Below, one piece after another: positions 35,410 through 47,535 of a stretch of 64,000 nucleotides of DNA. The position numbers and the translations under genes were made by a program. How positions within the stretch are numbered: position 1 is the first letter of the stretch; each line of letters starts with the position of its first letter. Under the pieces are notes generated by a model. The model worked only from the letters and a program-made list of their open reading frames with translations. It was not told the DNA's origin and ran no database searches. Source of the stretch: Paramoeba atlantica (Eukaryota; Protista; Discosea); the NCBI GenBank assembly GCA_977017575.1, contig CDRNVI010000187.1, forward strand, positions 1 through 64,000, given 5' to 3'.

Positions 35410-38400
35410 ATGTCGCGACCTCCACTTCCGACTCGCTCTGGGAGAGGAGAAAAGCCAACCCCACCAAGCAAACCAGGAGGCGGCGCGAAACCACCACCAC
35501 CAGCTCGCCCACAACGTCCAAGAGCAGCAACAAAAGAAGAAATCAAACGAACCATCCAACCAACCGCAGAAGATATTCCTGATGCCCCTCCTCCCCATGT
35601 CCCAAAAGAACCAGAAAACAAAACCCCTTCTTATGGTCAACCATTTGTCCCTCCAACTGTGTTGCGAGTCGCAGATGATGGATGGAGCGAGAGATACACA
35701 ATGGACGGAGCCCCTTATTATTTTAATGTCAAAACAGAGGCTGTCTCTTGGAATTGTCCAGAAAGTTTAAAAGATTCTGAAGAATTGATTCATGAGGGAG
35801 GGAATTGGCGATGGGTTCCTGATCCAGAAGACGCTTGGATCCCCGCTCGAGAAATAGAGTCTGGTGTTTTTCTTACTGAAGATGGCCAACGAGTTGAACC
35901 AACCGCAAAAGATCCTGTTTGGCCAATTATGATGTCGAGTTTGAGACATGTTGAGCAAGATTTGGTCATGATTGATGATATGAATGAGGGTCTTATTATT
36001 CATAATATTCGCGAGAGGTTTAAGCGAGATGAGATTTATACTTCTGTTGGCACAATTTTGGTTTCTGTGAATCCTTTTAAGCGACTTCCTTTGTATATGC
36101 CGACGATTATGGAGATGTATTATAAATCTGGTGGGAATAAGAAACTTCCCCCCCATACTTTTGGTTTTTTCTTTTTTTTTTTTTCTCTCTGTTTTTTTTT
36201 TTCTTTTCTTTTCTTTCTTTTCTCTCTTTTGACAAAAGCTTTTGTCTCAATCCTCCCAAAAAACAAAACAGGAATCGCAGATCATGCATACAAAGACATG
36301 AGAGAATTTCGCAAAAACATGTCAATTTTAATTTCTGGAGAATCAGGAGCTGGTAAAACAGAGGCGACAAAGCAATGTTTGGCTTTTCTTGCTGAGGTGG
36401 CAGGGTCCAGTGGAGGTGTGGAAGAAAAGATTATTGAGGCCAATCCGATTCTTGAAGCGCTTGGGAATGCCAAGACTGGGCGCAATAATAATTCTTCTCG
36501 TTTTGGGAAGTTTTTGGAAATTCATTTTGATAAACTGGTTTCCTCTCTTTTTTCTTTTCTTTTTTTTTTTCCCCTTGTTTGTTTTTTTGGTGTTTGGAAG
36601 GTCTTTTAAGATGATCAAAGGAAAGAAGAAGAAAAGATTTTTTTTTTTTCATGATGAATTAATTATTTTGTTTCTCTCTTGTCTTTTTGTGTTTTTGTTT
36701 TTAGGGTCACATTGTGGGAGCAAGGACAGAAAATTATCTTTTAGAAAAATCGCGTGTCGTTTTCCAAACTTCTGGAGAGAGAAATTATCATATTTTCTAC
36801 ATGCTTTGTGTTGGTTCTCTTCAATCGTCCCTCAATATTGATGCTGATATGGAAAAACATAGGTGTTTAATTCATTTTTGAAATGTTCTCTGTTAAGATT
36901 AAATATCTTGTTTTTGTGTTTCTAATCCCCTCCCCTCCCCTCTCTTCTCAAAAAATGAAATATTTAGATATTTGAATCAAAGTGGTTGTCTTCAAGTTGA
37001 CGGAGTGGACGATCGACAAGAATTTCAAGAAGTTCTTGATGCGATGGATTGTTTAGGCTTTTCACCAGAGGAGAAAAAATGGATTTTTGAAACCATTGCT
37101 GCTGTACTTTTGCTTGGTGATCTTGAGTTTAAAGGACAAGATGCGGCGATCGTTGCCAACCCACCAATTATGGACCAGATTGTGAAATTTTTAGGAGCTG
37201 ATCCAAAAGAATTTCATGAGTCGATTGTGAGTCGATGGTTTGTGATTCGAGGACAAGAACCGACAAAAATCCCCTTTAAACCTGTTGAGGCAACCGCTGC
37301 TGCTGATGCTTGTGCGAAAGCTATCTATGGCAACTTGTTTGATTGGATTGTTCAAAGGGTTAATCGTTCGATGGAGATTCCTCAGGGTACTGAAACCTTT
37401 ATTGGTGTTCTTGATATCTTTGGATTTGAAATTTTTGAAGTGAATTCTTTCGAGCAACTTTGTATCAACTTTGCAAACGAGAAGCTTCAACAACACTTTA
37501 ATGAGTACACTTTTAAATTGGAGGAAACTGTGTACCAAAGCGAACAAATCAAGTTTTTCCATATTGAATTCATCGACAATCAGCCAATCCTCGATATGAT
37601 CGAAAAGAAACCCAAGGGATTGTTGGTTCAGTTGGATGAGGAAATTCGAATGCCAAAGGGGACTGATGAAACCTGGTTTAACAAAATTTCTCGCGATTTT
37701 GAAAAAACACAGTATTTTGTCAAGATTGTGAAGAAGAAGGGACACTTTACTGTTAAACACTATGCTGGGAATGTTCCTTACGACTCTGATGGTTTTCTGG
37801 AGAAAAATCGTGATTCGTTGTGGCCTGATATTGCCAAGGCTCTTCGTGAGAGTTCCAACAAAAACACTAGCTCTCTCTTTCCCGAAGATCCTGGTGCTTC
37901 GAAGGGGCGTGCTGCGACTCTTGGGGGTCAATTCCGAGGTCAATTAACAAATTTGATGGAGAAACTTCGTTCAACAGACCCCTCTTATATCCGCTGTGTG
38001 AAACCTAATTCACTCAAAAAGCCTGATGTGTTCGATAGCGTGATGTCCCTTCAACAGCTTCGTTATGCTGGTGTGTTTGAAGCCATTAAAATCCGCCAGC
38101 AAGGCTTTCCATTCCGATACACGTTTATTGAATTTATGAGAAGGTATAAGTGTTTAGCCATGAAAGATGGTGGTTGGATTTCTCTGAAGGGAAAGAATGA
38201 CAAAGATCGGATTAAGGAGATTTTGGATTTAACCAAGCAAAATTTTTCTGATGTTCAAATCGGGCGAACAATGGTCCTCTATCGAGCTCCTCAACAGCGT
38301 GTCTTAGAGCTTCTGCGAAATTTGGCTTTAGAGCGAATTTGTCTTGTGATCCAAAAGTGGCTCAGGGGATGCTTTGCTCGTCGATTTAGATGGAAATTAA

Positions 38401-41400
38401 CAAAGTCTCGCCCTCATCTCTTGGGAGCTATTAAGACCAGAATCAGTCTCGGCGAAGCTACTGCTGCCATCGAGTTTGTGGAAGGTGCTGTCGGAACGTA
38501 CAGTCGAATTTTCCCATTCAAGTCAAAGGAATGGATTGAATGTCAAGAATTGAAGAGACAATTAGTTGAACGAAAGAGAGCCACAGATCTCTGCTCTGAA
38601 GTGTTGCCAAAAGACCCTGAATCTAACTTTTCAGAGTTGGAAGGGGCTGTCCAAGCTGGGTTGGCCATTGAGGAGTATCCAGGAACGCCAGAACAATTCA
38701 AAATCTTCCAAGACACAAAGGCTCTCTATGATCTCACTGTGAACCGTAGAAATTGCCGAGCTGAGTTAATCCGTGCAACAGCTACAGCGGAACGAGTTGT
38801 GTTAGAAGCGACAATCAAGCTTGCTGCTGAACTGGGCATCCCAGATACCCTTGAGATTGGTCCTGCAAAGGCGATGGTTGAACGGTGTAAGGCAGAGGAA
38901 GCTCTTTGTGCTGAACTTGAAGCTGCACAAGCAAAAGGTGGGATGTTGAACTGGGCAGATGGACCTGGTGTGATTGATACACAAACACTCCAAGGTCTCT
39001 ATCAGAAAGCTGTAAATTTTGAGATGAAGACCGCTCCTGGGAAGAGGTTGCAGAATTTGGTGGAGTACTTGCAGAAATTACGAACAGCTCTCAAATCCTC
39101 TCCTTTTGAAGGATTTTCGGAGTGGGTTGATGTGAGATCTCTTTTGGACTCTCAGCCAATGTGTCCTGTGGAGGGTCTCTCTGAAGTGGCCGATCATCCG
39201 GAAGTAATGTGGGCTTACGATGAGACAATCTTCCGTGAACGCCAAAGAGATATACATGAACCTTTAAGACAAGGTATTTCTGAGCTCAACGAGGATACTT
39301 TGAGGAACTTTTTACAATTTATCGAAGAAAACCCAGCAGAGATTAGTGGACAAGATCAAATTTCCCGTCTCAAAAAAATTGAAGATGAGTTAGTACAATC
39401 TGGAAAGGGCCATTTTGAACGGGTGGAAATGTCAAGAACAAAGCTCCAAGGAGCTGTGAGCTCAGAGGATGAGGTGGAATTGAAGTCCGCAATCGAAAAT
39501 GCTCTCTCCCTTCCTGTTGATTCTTCTCACGCTCTCGCGCAACTTGAACTCTTGGTCCAAGCCGAAATTTTACTTGCCATGAAGTTCCATATCGACTTTG
39601 GTCAACGATCAGAGGTGGGATTAATCTTGGATGAATATTTGTCTAAAAGCAGTGAAGCAAAAGTCGCGTCCTTTATGACTGGGGTTGAATTTGTTGTATT
39701 GAAATCTGATTTAGATCAAGAACTGACCACTCAAGCCAATGAATTGGAAGCTGCACTTAAACACGCTTCAGAAGTTGAGGTGCTTTCTGACTCAGCGCAA
39801 GAACATGTCGCGATTGGGAAAGTTCTTTTAGATTTGAGAAGATGTTTATCTTCTCGTGACTGGGACTCATTAGATGAAAAGCTTGCTGCTGTTCAAAGTG
39901 TCCGTCCTGATGGACCAGAGTCAAATCTCGCTCGGGATGAGATTGCTGGTCGATTGGCAGCTCATGAATGTATTGAGGCTCTGAAGATCGCTGTATCTGA
40001 AGTTGTTAATCACACAGACGATAATCGCCATCCATCTGAAGCTGCTTTAGACCTTCGGCTTGCTGAAAGTGGACGACTGGAACTCCAGGATCTTCCTGAT
40101 GTTGTTGCTGCTCAAGAAATGCTGGCACACCTTCGGAAAACAAACGATGCTTTGGCGAGTGCCATGATATTCCATATCGATTATGGGCGTCGGGTTGAGA
40201 TTGGATTGATTTTGGATGATGAATTGGCTGACTCAGAAGCTGCCCAAGTTTTGAGTTTGTCAAGTGGAGCGGAAATTTCTGTCACGAAAGCTGCGATCAT
40301 CCAAGAGCTAGCCACACAATCGACTGCTCTTGATGGTGCCCTTGTTCTGGCTGATCAAATTTCTCTTGTTACAAGAGTAGTTCTTCAAGGAAGAGTGTTA
40401 ATTGACTTGAGAAGGTGCTTGTTGAATCATGATTGGGCGAGTCTGGATCCCAAATTGAGTGCTGCATTGAGCCTCAAAGTGGATGGACCAGAAACAAACC
40501 TTGCAAAAGATGAGATGGCTGGTCGTTCAACTGCTGCAGACTGTCTTGAAGCTTTGAAAGCTGCAGTTGACGATGTTAAAAATTCCAGTGATGACTTTGG
40601 TCATCCCTCAGAAGGAATCTTGGATTCGCGATTGGCACAGGCTGAGCGATTGGAAATGAAAGATCTTCCTGAGGTGGTTGCTGGTCGTGAAATGTTGGAT
40701 CATATCCGAAATTGTCAAAAAGAAATCGAAAATGGTATGACCTTCCCCGTTGAGTATGGAAAGCGTGTTGCTGTCGGGCTTATCATTGATGATCATTTGT
40801 GCAAGTCAACTGCAGTGAATTTGATGACAATATCTGGTGGTGAAGTAGCTGTTCAAAAATCTGATTTATTAAAATATTTAACCGACCAATCCGATGCTTT
40901 AGAGGCGGGGTTGAAACATGCGGACGAAATCCAGCTTGTGACACGATTGATTTTACAGGGAAGGAGCCTCCTTGCTCTTCGAAGATGTTTGTTGGCACAA
41001 GATTGGGATTCATTAGATGAGAAGTTGAGTGCAGCACAGAATCTTCAGATTGATGGACCAGAGACAAATCTCACAAAGGACGAGATTCACGGTCGTACTA
41101 CAGCTCACGCTTGTCTCCAGGCTCTGAATCAAGCTGTTGCAGATGTTGTCCAACCTTCTGACGTGAATGCCCATCCTTCTGAGGCAGCTCTAGAAAATCG
41201 GTTGGCAGAAGCAGAGAGGCTGGAACTTAATGAACTCCCAGATGTGGTTTCTGGTCGAGAAATGTTGGAGAGGATTAGAAATACTCGAAGGGAATTGCAA
41301 ATTGGACTAACTGTCTCCCAGTACGATGACGCAATTAATCTAGCGGAAGAATATGAAAAACTTTACTTATTGTTTGAAGCGAGTACAAAACAACTTAATA

Positions 41401-43092
41401 TCGCCTTAGATATGGCAAAGGAGTTTTCCTATGCGACCAAGGAAACGATTGACGCAGCTGCTTTGCAACAAGAAGTCACAATTTTGTGGTACTTGCAGGA
41501 AGACTTACAGCTGGGGGGCTATTATGAAGGAGCAAATCCTACTAAAGCGCCACAAGAAACTGTAGTATTGGAACCAATCACTTCCCATTACACTGATTAT
41601 AATGGGTTTAATTTTGTGACGGAGATTGGAAAATATGTCTTGCGGAAATGTTACTTTATTTTGACCATTCGAGGTGCCATCCATGATATTTGCAATAATC
41701 CTGATCAAATTAACGCTGTGATTCCTGCAGCAGAGGAAATTGGCTGTCCAACAACACCTGAATTGGTCTCTGGTCGGGAGTTTATGGATCAGTTGAATGT
41801 TGCTCGAGCTGCTTGTCCTGAAGCTGAGAGAATTGTTCGAGAAGACCTCTTGATTAATGCAATTAAATTGTGTGATGCTCTCTTTTACAATAATGACGAT
41901 GTAGAGAGAGTCCGTGCGTTGAAACTCCTTGTGATTGAGTTGAATGAAGAATCGCGAAAAGCTATGTGGGTTTTAGATAAAGAAAGAATGAAAAATGTGT
42001 TACAGAGAGCGAAAGATATTCGATTGACAACAGTTCATTTCGAGTACATCCAGTATTTGGTTGACTTGGGTCCAATGGATTGGTTGAAATTTGAGATTAA
42101 AAAGGCAGCAGAACTCGAGGAGCTGAACAGAAAGATCCGTCTGTCCATCGAGATGAAGGATCTGACCTTGACTCAATTTGGGAGTTTGTTTGGTTTGAAC
42201 TCGTTAAAGAATATGCGATCACCCGAGAATTATGCCAGCCAGAAGCTCTTGACCTTGGATCGAAAGAAGTTGGCTCTGGGGATGTTGCAGTTCTCGAAGG
42301 TTCCTGCACATACATCTTTAATTGATTTTGCCCAGTTGATTCCTGATACAGACCCGCAAGCTCATAAGACAGTACAACATTTGATTAAAGATTCCACGAG
42401 AACATTTAAAAATATCATGGGGTATATGGGTGACAAAAAGTATCCTTATCCAACGACTTTAGTGACCGAGACCATTCAAATGTGTTTGGACAATCCAATG
42501 CTTCGAAGCGAAGTTTATTTGCAGACCATCAAACAAATTAGTAATCACCCAGTTCCAGCGAATAAGAGGAAAGGATATGAATTGTTAGCTGTTTGGTGTT
42601 GGCAGTTTCCTTCCCAAGATGATCTTGATAATATTTTGGAAACTTATTTGAGGGGTGTGCCTGAAAAGTCTATTTCGTATTTAGGGAGACTGAGGGATGT
42701 TATTTATCAGGTGAGGAGTGTTTTTTTTGTTATTTAAAATATTTCAGTTTTTTTTTTTGATTGAGTGATTGGTTTTTTTTTTTAAAAAAATCTAATAAAT
42801 GGAAAAAAAGGGACCCAGCAGGACAGCACCAAGTGAAGCACAAATTGAGGCGTTCATTAAAGAATTTTTCACAAGTGTCCCAAAGCGGTCTCGATATGAA
42901 GAAAATGTGGAGCCAATTCAAGATTCCCCTTACACTGATGAGTTCTTCCGTTTTGAAAATCAAAAGGTTATCCTTTTTTGTTTCTTGTTTTATTTGAAAA
43001 AAAATATGAAATCATCTTTCTAAACAATCATCTTCAAAAAACAGTCATTGTTTCGTTTGGATGAAGAAGATGCTCGACTCAAAGTAACATGA
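35410..43092 (+). CDS. Unconventional myosin (class IV-like): Pro-rich, WW, motor, 1 IQ, helical repeat tail, MyTH4
   Basis: WW: [27 protein letters not shown]. Motor: [47 protein letters not shown]: [12 protein letters not shown]. MyTH4: [10 protein letters not shown]...[12 protein letters not shown]. Exons about 35410-36163, 36272-36537, 36705-36862, 36969-42711, plus two short 3' exons. Confidence 0.95.
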
Positions 43093-43295
43093 AAACTGTT
43101 CAAAAAAAAATAAAACCGTTGAAAAAAAAATAGAACACTTTTTTTAGCACCAAAACGCGTTTTTGTTGTTTTTAGAAGTTTGTTTTCAGTTTTGTTGTCT
43201 TTTCACCTGAAAGAGAAACAGATTTCCAAACCTGGTGTTTTTTGCTTTGTCTTTGCGAAAAGAAAACCCTGTTCTGGAAAAATAGGGGTGAAAAT

Positions 43296-44363
43296 ATGAC
43301 TGATGAGATTGTTGTTGAAGATGCTCGGAGTAATCCCCTTTTGCCAGATGCTGATCTCCCAGATGACCCCTCTCCTGTTACATTTCCATTCCAGTCACCC
43401 CCTTTCGGATTTTCTCGGAAACGCACTTCCTCTCAAATCTCTGAAAACAGACGATCTTCCGCTGAAGTTTTGTACCTTTCTCATCCAGTGTCTCCAGAAA
43501 ACAACCCATTCCCACAGAAAAAAAGCAGATCGGTTTCTTTGATTAAAATGAAAGGTTCCTCGGATATTGAGTACGAGTTTTCTGAAACGTTTCGAAAAAG
43601 GGAAAGAACACCAACACCAAGATCGAAAAAGAAGAAACATGGTCCAACAAGATACTCTCCAAGAGAAGGAGAAGGTTCTCTTTCGGAAAAGGACCCTTTG
43701 GTTGCGAGAGCTCGTCAGAAAATTTTGAGTGATTCAGAGGAAATTATCTCTGTTTGTTTTGTGAAAGAATTGTTTGTTGTCTTTGCACTTTTGAGTTTTG
43801 GGTTTTTTGTTGCGAGTATATTTTTCGTTGAGCCAGATTCAGCAGAAGATTCTTTGGAACAAACGTGTCTTGATCCTTCTTTTTCTTCTGGGATGGGAGT
43901 TCGGGAGGAGAGAGTTGGAATCTCTCACGAAACAAATCGTTTTTTTGCTCATCCTCAGGAGGGTTCTAAAAGATCCACCCAGGGTGATAATGAGATTGGT
44001 GATAATGAAGGTTGGGGAAACAGTGATGTTTTGAATGCGGATGAATCAAGGTCGAATTTTAATGAGAAAGGTGGAGGGAGTGGGAGATGGGAGTGGGAAG
44101 GAGATCTGGAAGGGGATCTAGAAGGAGATCTGGAGAGAGATTGGGAGAGAGATTTGGAGAGAGATCGGGAGAGAGATTTCGAGAGAGATTTCGAGAGAGA
44201 TTTGGAAAGAGAGAGTTCGATGGGGTGGGATCATGAGCTGGACACCTTTCATCAAAAAGAGAATGAGGAACAAGGCTTCGGACCATCTTCTCTCTTTTCG
44301 ATCCGACCTTTCACGAAGGAGACAATGAAACGTTTTCTGGCTGATGATGACGATGATGACTAA
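43296..44363 (+). CDS. Intronless hypothetical protein with a single predicted transmembrane helix
   Basis: A 355-aa ORF from the first ATG, with the hydrophobic run ELFVVFALLSFGFFVASIFFV and (G/R)DLE / RDFE tetrapeptide repeats. No domain recognised. Confidence 0.6.
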   Translation: MTDEIVVEDARSNPLLPDADLPDDPSPVTFPFQSPPFGFSRKRTSSQISENRRSSAEVLYLSHPVSPENNPFPQKKSRSVSLIKMKGSSDIEYEFSETFRKRERTPTPRSKKKKHGPTRYSPREGEGSLSEKDPLVARARQKILSDSEEIISVCFVKELFVVFALLSFGFFVASIFFVEPDSAEDSLEQTCLDPSFSSGMGVREERVGISHETNRFFAHPQEGSKRSTQGDNEIGDNEGWGNSDVLNADESRSNFNEKGGGSGRWEWEGDLEGDLEGDLERDWERDLERDRERDFERDFERDLERESSMGWDHELDTFHQKENEEQGFGPSSLFSIRPFTKETMKRFLADDDDDD

Positions 44364-44732
44364 ACAATGGGCAACATCAAAAGAAACACCTCTTATTTAA
44401 TTATACAAGAAAGACTATTTATGATTTTATGAAATTGATTTATTTATGACAAAAAAAAATTTCTTTTTTTTTAATGAAGAGAATATCCAAAAATGAATGA
44501 CCTTCCTTTTCTCTTTCAACAAACACAAAATGACTTTCGCTGATTGGTTTTTTGGGGAAAACTTTGGCACGTGGAGAAAAACCAAAAATAACTAAATATG
44601 GATAAAATATGTTGATGACATCATCATAAAGAGCGTTTTTGCCCATTGAACCTCTCTGCTTCTGAGAAAATTTTTTTCTGAAAAGTTTTGTTTTGTTTTT
44701 GTATTTTTTTTTTTTGTTTTGTGTTTTCGAAA

Positions 44733-45493
44733 ATGTCAGGAAAAGGTCAAATTAAACTTCAGAGTGGAGGGGAGTCTGGGGATTCACAGACTTTTACGAT
44801 TGAGCGGGAGATTGCTGAGATGTCTGGGACGATCAAAAATATTTTGGAAGGTTTTTTCTTCTTTTTTTGTTTGTTGAGTTTCGAAAAGTCTGATTGTTCA
44901 GTTTGGTGGTGGGAGAGAGTTGGATGGGTTTGGGATTTGTCTGTCTCTCCCTCTGAAAAAAACAAACAATATTTGTAATCTGTGGTTGGTTGAATTTGAA
45001 AAGTTTTTCGAACCTCTCTCAAAAGAAGGAACGAGGAGGATTCGATGAGTTACCTTCTCTTGTTTTGTTTTTGGGTCAATTTCTCAACTTTTTTTTTATT
45101 ATTTTAGATTGTCCCATTTTGGATGCTCCCATCCCACTCCCAACTTCCGCCAAAATTTTGGAAAAGGTTCTTGAGTACTGCAAGTACCATCACGCGAACC
45201 CTGATGCTTCTGTCGTCGAAGAGAAACCAGAAGACCAATACCGAACAGACAATATCTCTGATTGGGATAAGAAGTTTTGTGAAGTTCCCCATGCCACTTT
45301 GTTTGAGTTGATTATCGCTGCCAACTTTCTTGACATCAAACCTCTTTTGGATGTGACTTGTAAGACCGTTGCGAATATGATTAAGGGAAAATCGCCACAG
45401 GATATTCGTGATACTTTTGGTATTAAGAATGATTTTACTCCTGAGGAAGAAGAGCAAGTTCGAAAAGAGAATCTTTGGTGTGAGGAACATTAA
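44733..45493 (+). CDS. SKP1: Skp1, SCF ubiquitin ligase adaptor; 2 exons
   Basis: Exons 44733-44850 and 45108-45493: [13 protein letters not shown]|D...[12 protein letters not shown]...[58 protein letters not shown]. Confidence 0.97.
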
Positions 45494-45794
45494 AAAAAGC
45501 CATAACATTTTTATTCAAAAAAACATTGTCTCAGAATTTCTTTCTTTTTTTTTTTAGTGAATGAGATGAAATTGTCTCACTGCGAATTTGTTTGGCGAAT
45601 TTTCGAATCTCTCCTTCTCTTCCTTTCTTTCTCCTTTTGCCAAATCCTCCTTCACCATTAAAAAATAGTGGGTATGGACTTTCCAATTGATTTTTTGGTG
45701 AGGGTATGGAGTAGACAGTTACCAACTTTTCTTTTGCGTTCCGTTTTCTTCGTCTTTTCGTTTTTTTCCTCTCTTTTTTTTGTTTTGAGGCAAA

Positions 45795-47416
45795 ATGGCG
45801 GAGAGGCTTGCCAATATCTTTGGGACTGAAAAAGACAAGTTTGTTGTTGTTTTATATTTTGTTCATTTTATTTTTTTTGTTCTCTTTTTGAAATGAGAAA
45901 TCTAATTTTCTTTTTTCTTTTTTCAAGGGTAAATTGCCCATTCTATTTTAAAATTGGAGCATGTCGGCATGGTGATCGTTGTTCTCGATTGCACAATCGC
46001 CCTGTCATTTCAGAGACTATTCTTTTTAAGAATATGTACATCAATCCTGGGATTATGCGTAAGTGATTTCTTTTCTTCTTGATTTTAGAAAGAGAAAGAG
46101 AGGGAGAAGGAGAGAGAGGAAAGAGAAAGGAGAAAGAGAAAGGAGAAAGAGAGAGAAAATCATCAGAGACTCTCAGAAAATCTAATTCTTTTTCTTTTCA
46201 GCAACTGGTCCAGATGGAAAACCAGTGGCCTGCCCATTTACAGAAGAACAATTACAAGAACATTTTGAAGACTTTTATGAAGATATTTTCACAGAACTTG
46301 CCAAGTACGGAGAAGTTGCTGAACTGAATTGTTGTGATAATTTGGGTGAGCATCTTGTTGGAAATGTTTATGTTAGGTTGGTTTTTTTTTTTTAGTTTTT
46401 ATTTTTTTGATGGATTTTTTTGATCAACTCTGTAGATCTAGATGCAGTTTTTCCAATTCCTCCTACACCCCCCACTCCCCACTCTCTCTCTCTCTATTTT
46501 ACACATATTTAGGATTTTATGACAATGATCTTGCTTTTTAATCTCTTGTTTCTATTTCGACTAAAAAAAATTCTGCAGGTTTTATGATGAAGAGTCAGCT
46601 GAAAAAGCAGCTCAAGCTCTTCAAGGAAGGTTCTATGGTGGTCGACCTCTGATGGTGGAATATTCTCCTGTGACAGATTTTCGAGAAGCTCGTTGTCGTC
46701 AATTTGACATGGGTGAGTGCAATCGTGGTGGCTTCTGTAACTTTATGCATCTCAAGAAAATCTCTAAAGAACTTGCTCGTGAGTTATACCCACGTTCTGA
46801 GCGTAGAGATCGTGATCGGGATAGAGGAGACAGAGGAGATAGCAGAGGAGATAGCAGAGGAGATAGCAGAGGAGATAGCAGAGGAGATAGCAGAGGAGAC
46901 AGAGGAGACAGAGGAGACAGAGACAGGGATCGGGATCGAGATCGTGACAGGGACAGATACAGGGACAGGGACAGGGACAGGGACAGATACCGCGATAGGG
47001 ACAGGGATAGAGATCGTGATCGGGACAGAGACAGGGATAGGTACCGTGATAGGGACAGAGACAGAGACAGGGACAGAGACAGGTACCGTGACAGAGACAG
47101 AGACCGAGACAGAGACAGGGATAGAGACCGAGACCGAGACAGAGACAGAGACAGAGATCGGGACAGAGACAGGGAACCAGACAGGGAACGAGATCGAGAA
47201 TCTCAAGAGCGATCTCAAGAGCGATCTCAAGAGCGATCTCAAGAACGATCTCAAGAGCGATCTCGAGAGCGATCTCGAGAGCCAGCTCGCGACGAGGACA
47301 AATCCAACGACCAAGGAGCTGGCGATTCATTTGAAGAGGAACAACCCCACAGAAAACGAGAACGATCTGTCTCTCCAGAGGAAGATGAACCCAACAAGAG
47401 AAGCAGATTGGAATAA
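45795..47416 (+). CDS. U2AF1: U2AF small subunit (U2AF35): CCCH, UHM, CCCH, then an RD-repeat tail; 4 exons
   Basis: [15 protein letters not shown]|[23 protein letters not shown]...[14 protein letters not shown]...[14 protein letters not shown]|F...GRFYGGRP...[29 protein letters not shown]. Confidence 0.97.
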
Positions 47417-47535
47417 GTTTTTGTTGATTTTTTTTTTACTCCTATTTTTTTAACTTTTTTTTGAGAATAAAACTTTTTTTTTGAAAAAGAGAAAGAAAAA
47501 TGTTGTAAAAAAAAATAATTTATTTTCAGGCTGTC

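Noticed and set aside
44440-44646. 68-aa minus-strand ORF divergent from SKP1
   Set aside because: It has an ATG start but no recognisable motif or splice support; it may be UTR or promoter sequence, and cannot be supported without expression data.
46704-47453. Long alternative-frame and antisense ORFs over the U2AF1 tail (ET/GT, CL and VS repeats)
   Set aside because: They are by-products of the 6-nt RD codon repeat, which lacks stops in several frames.
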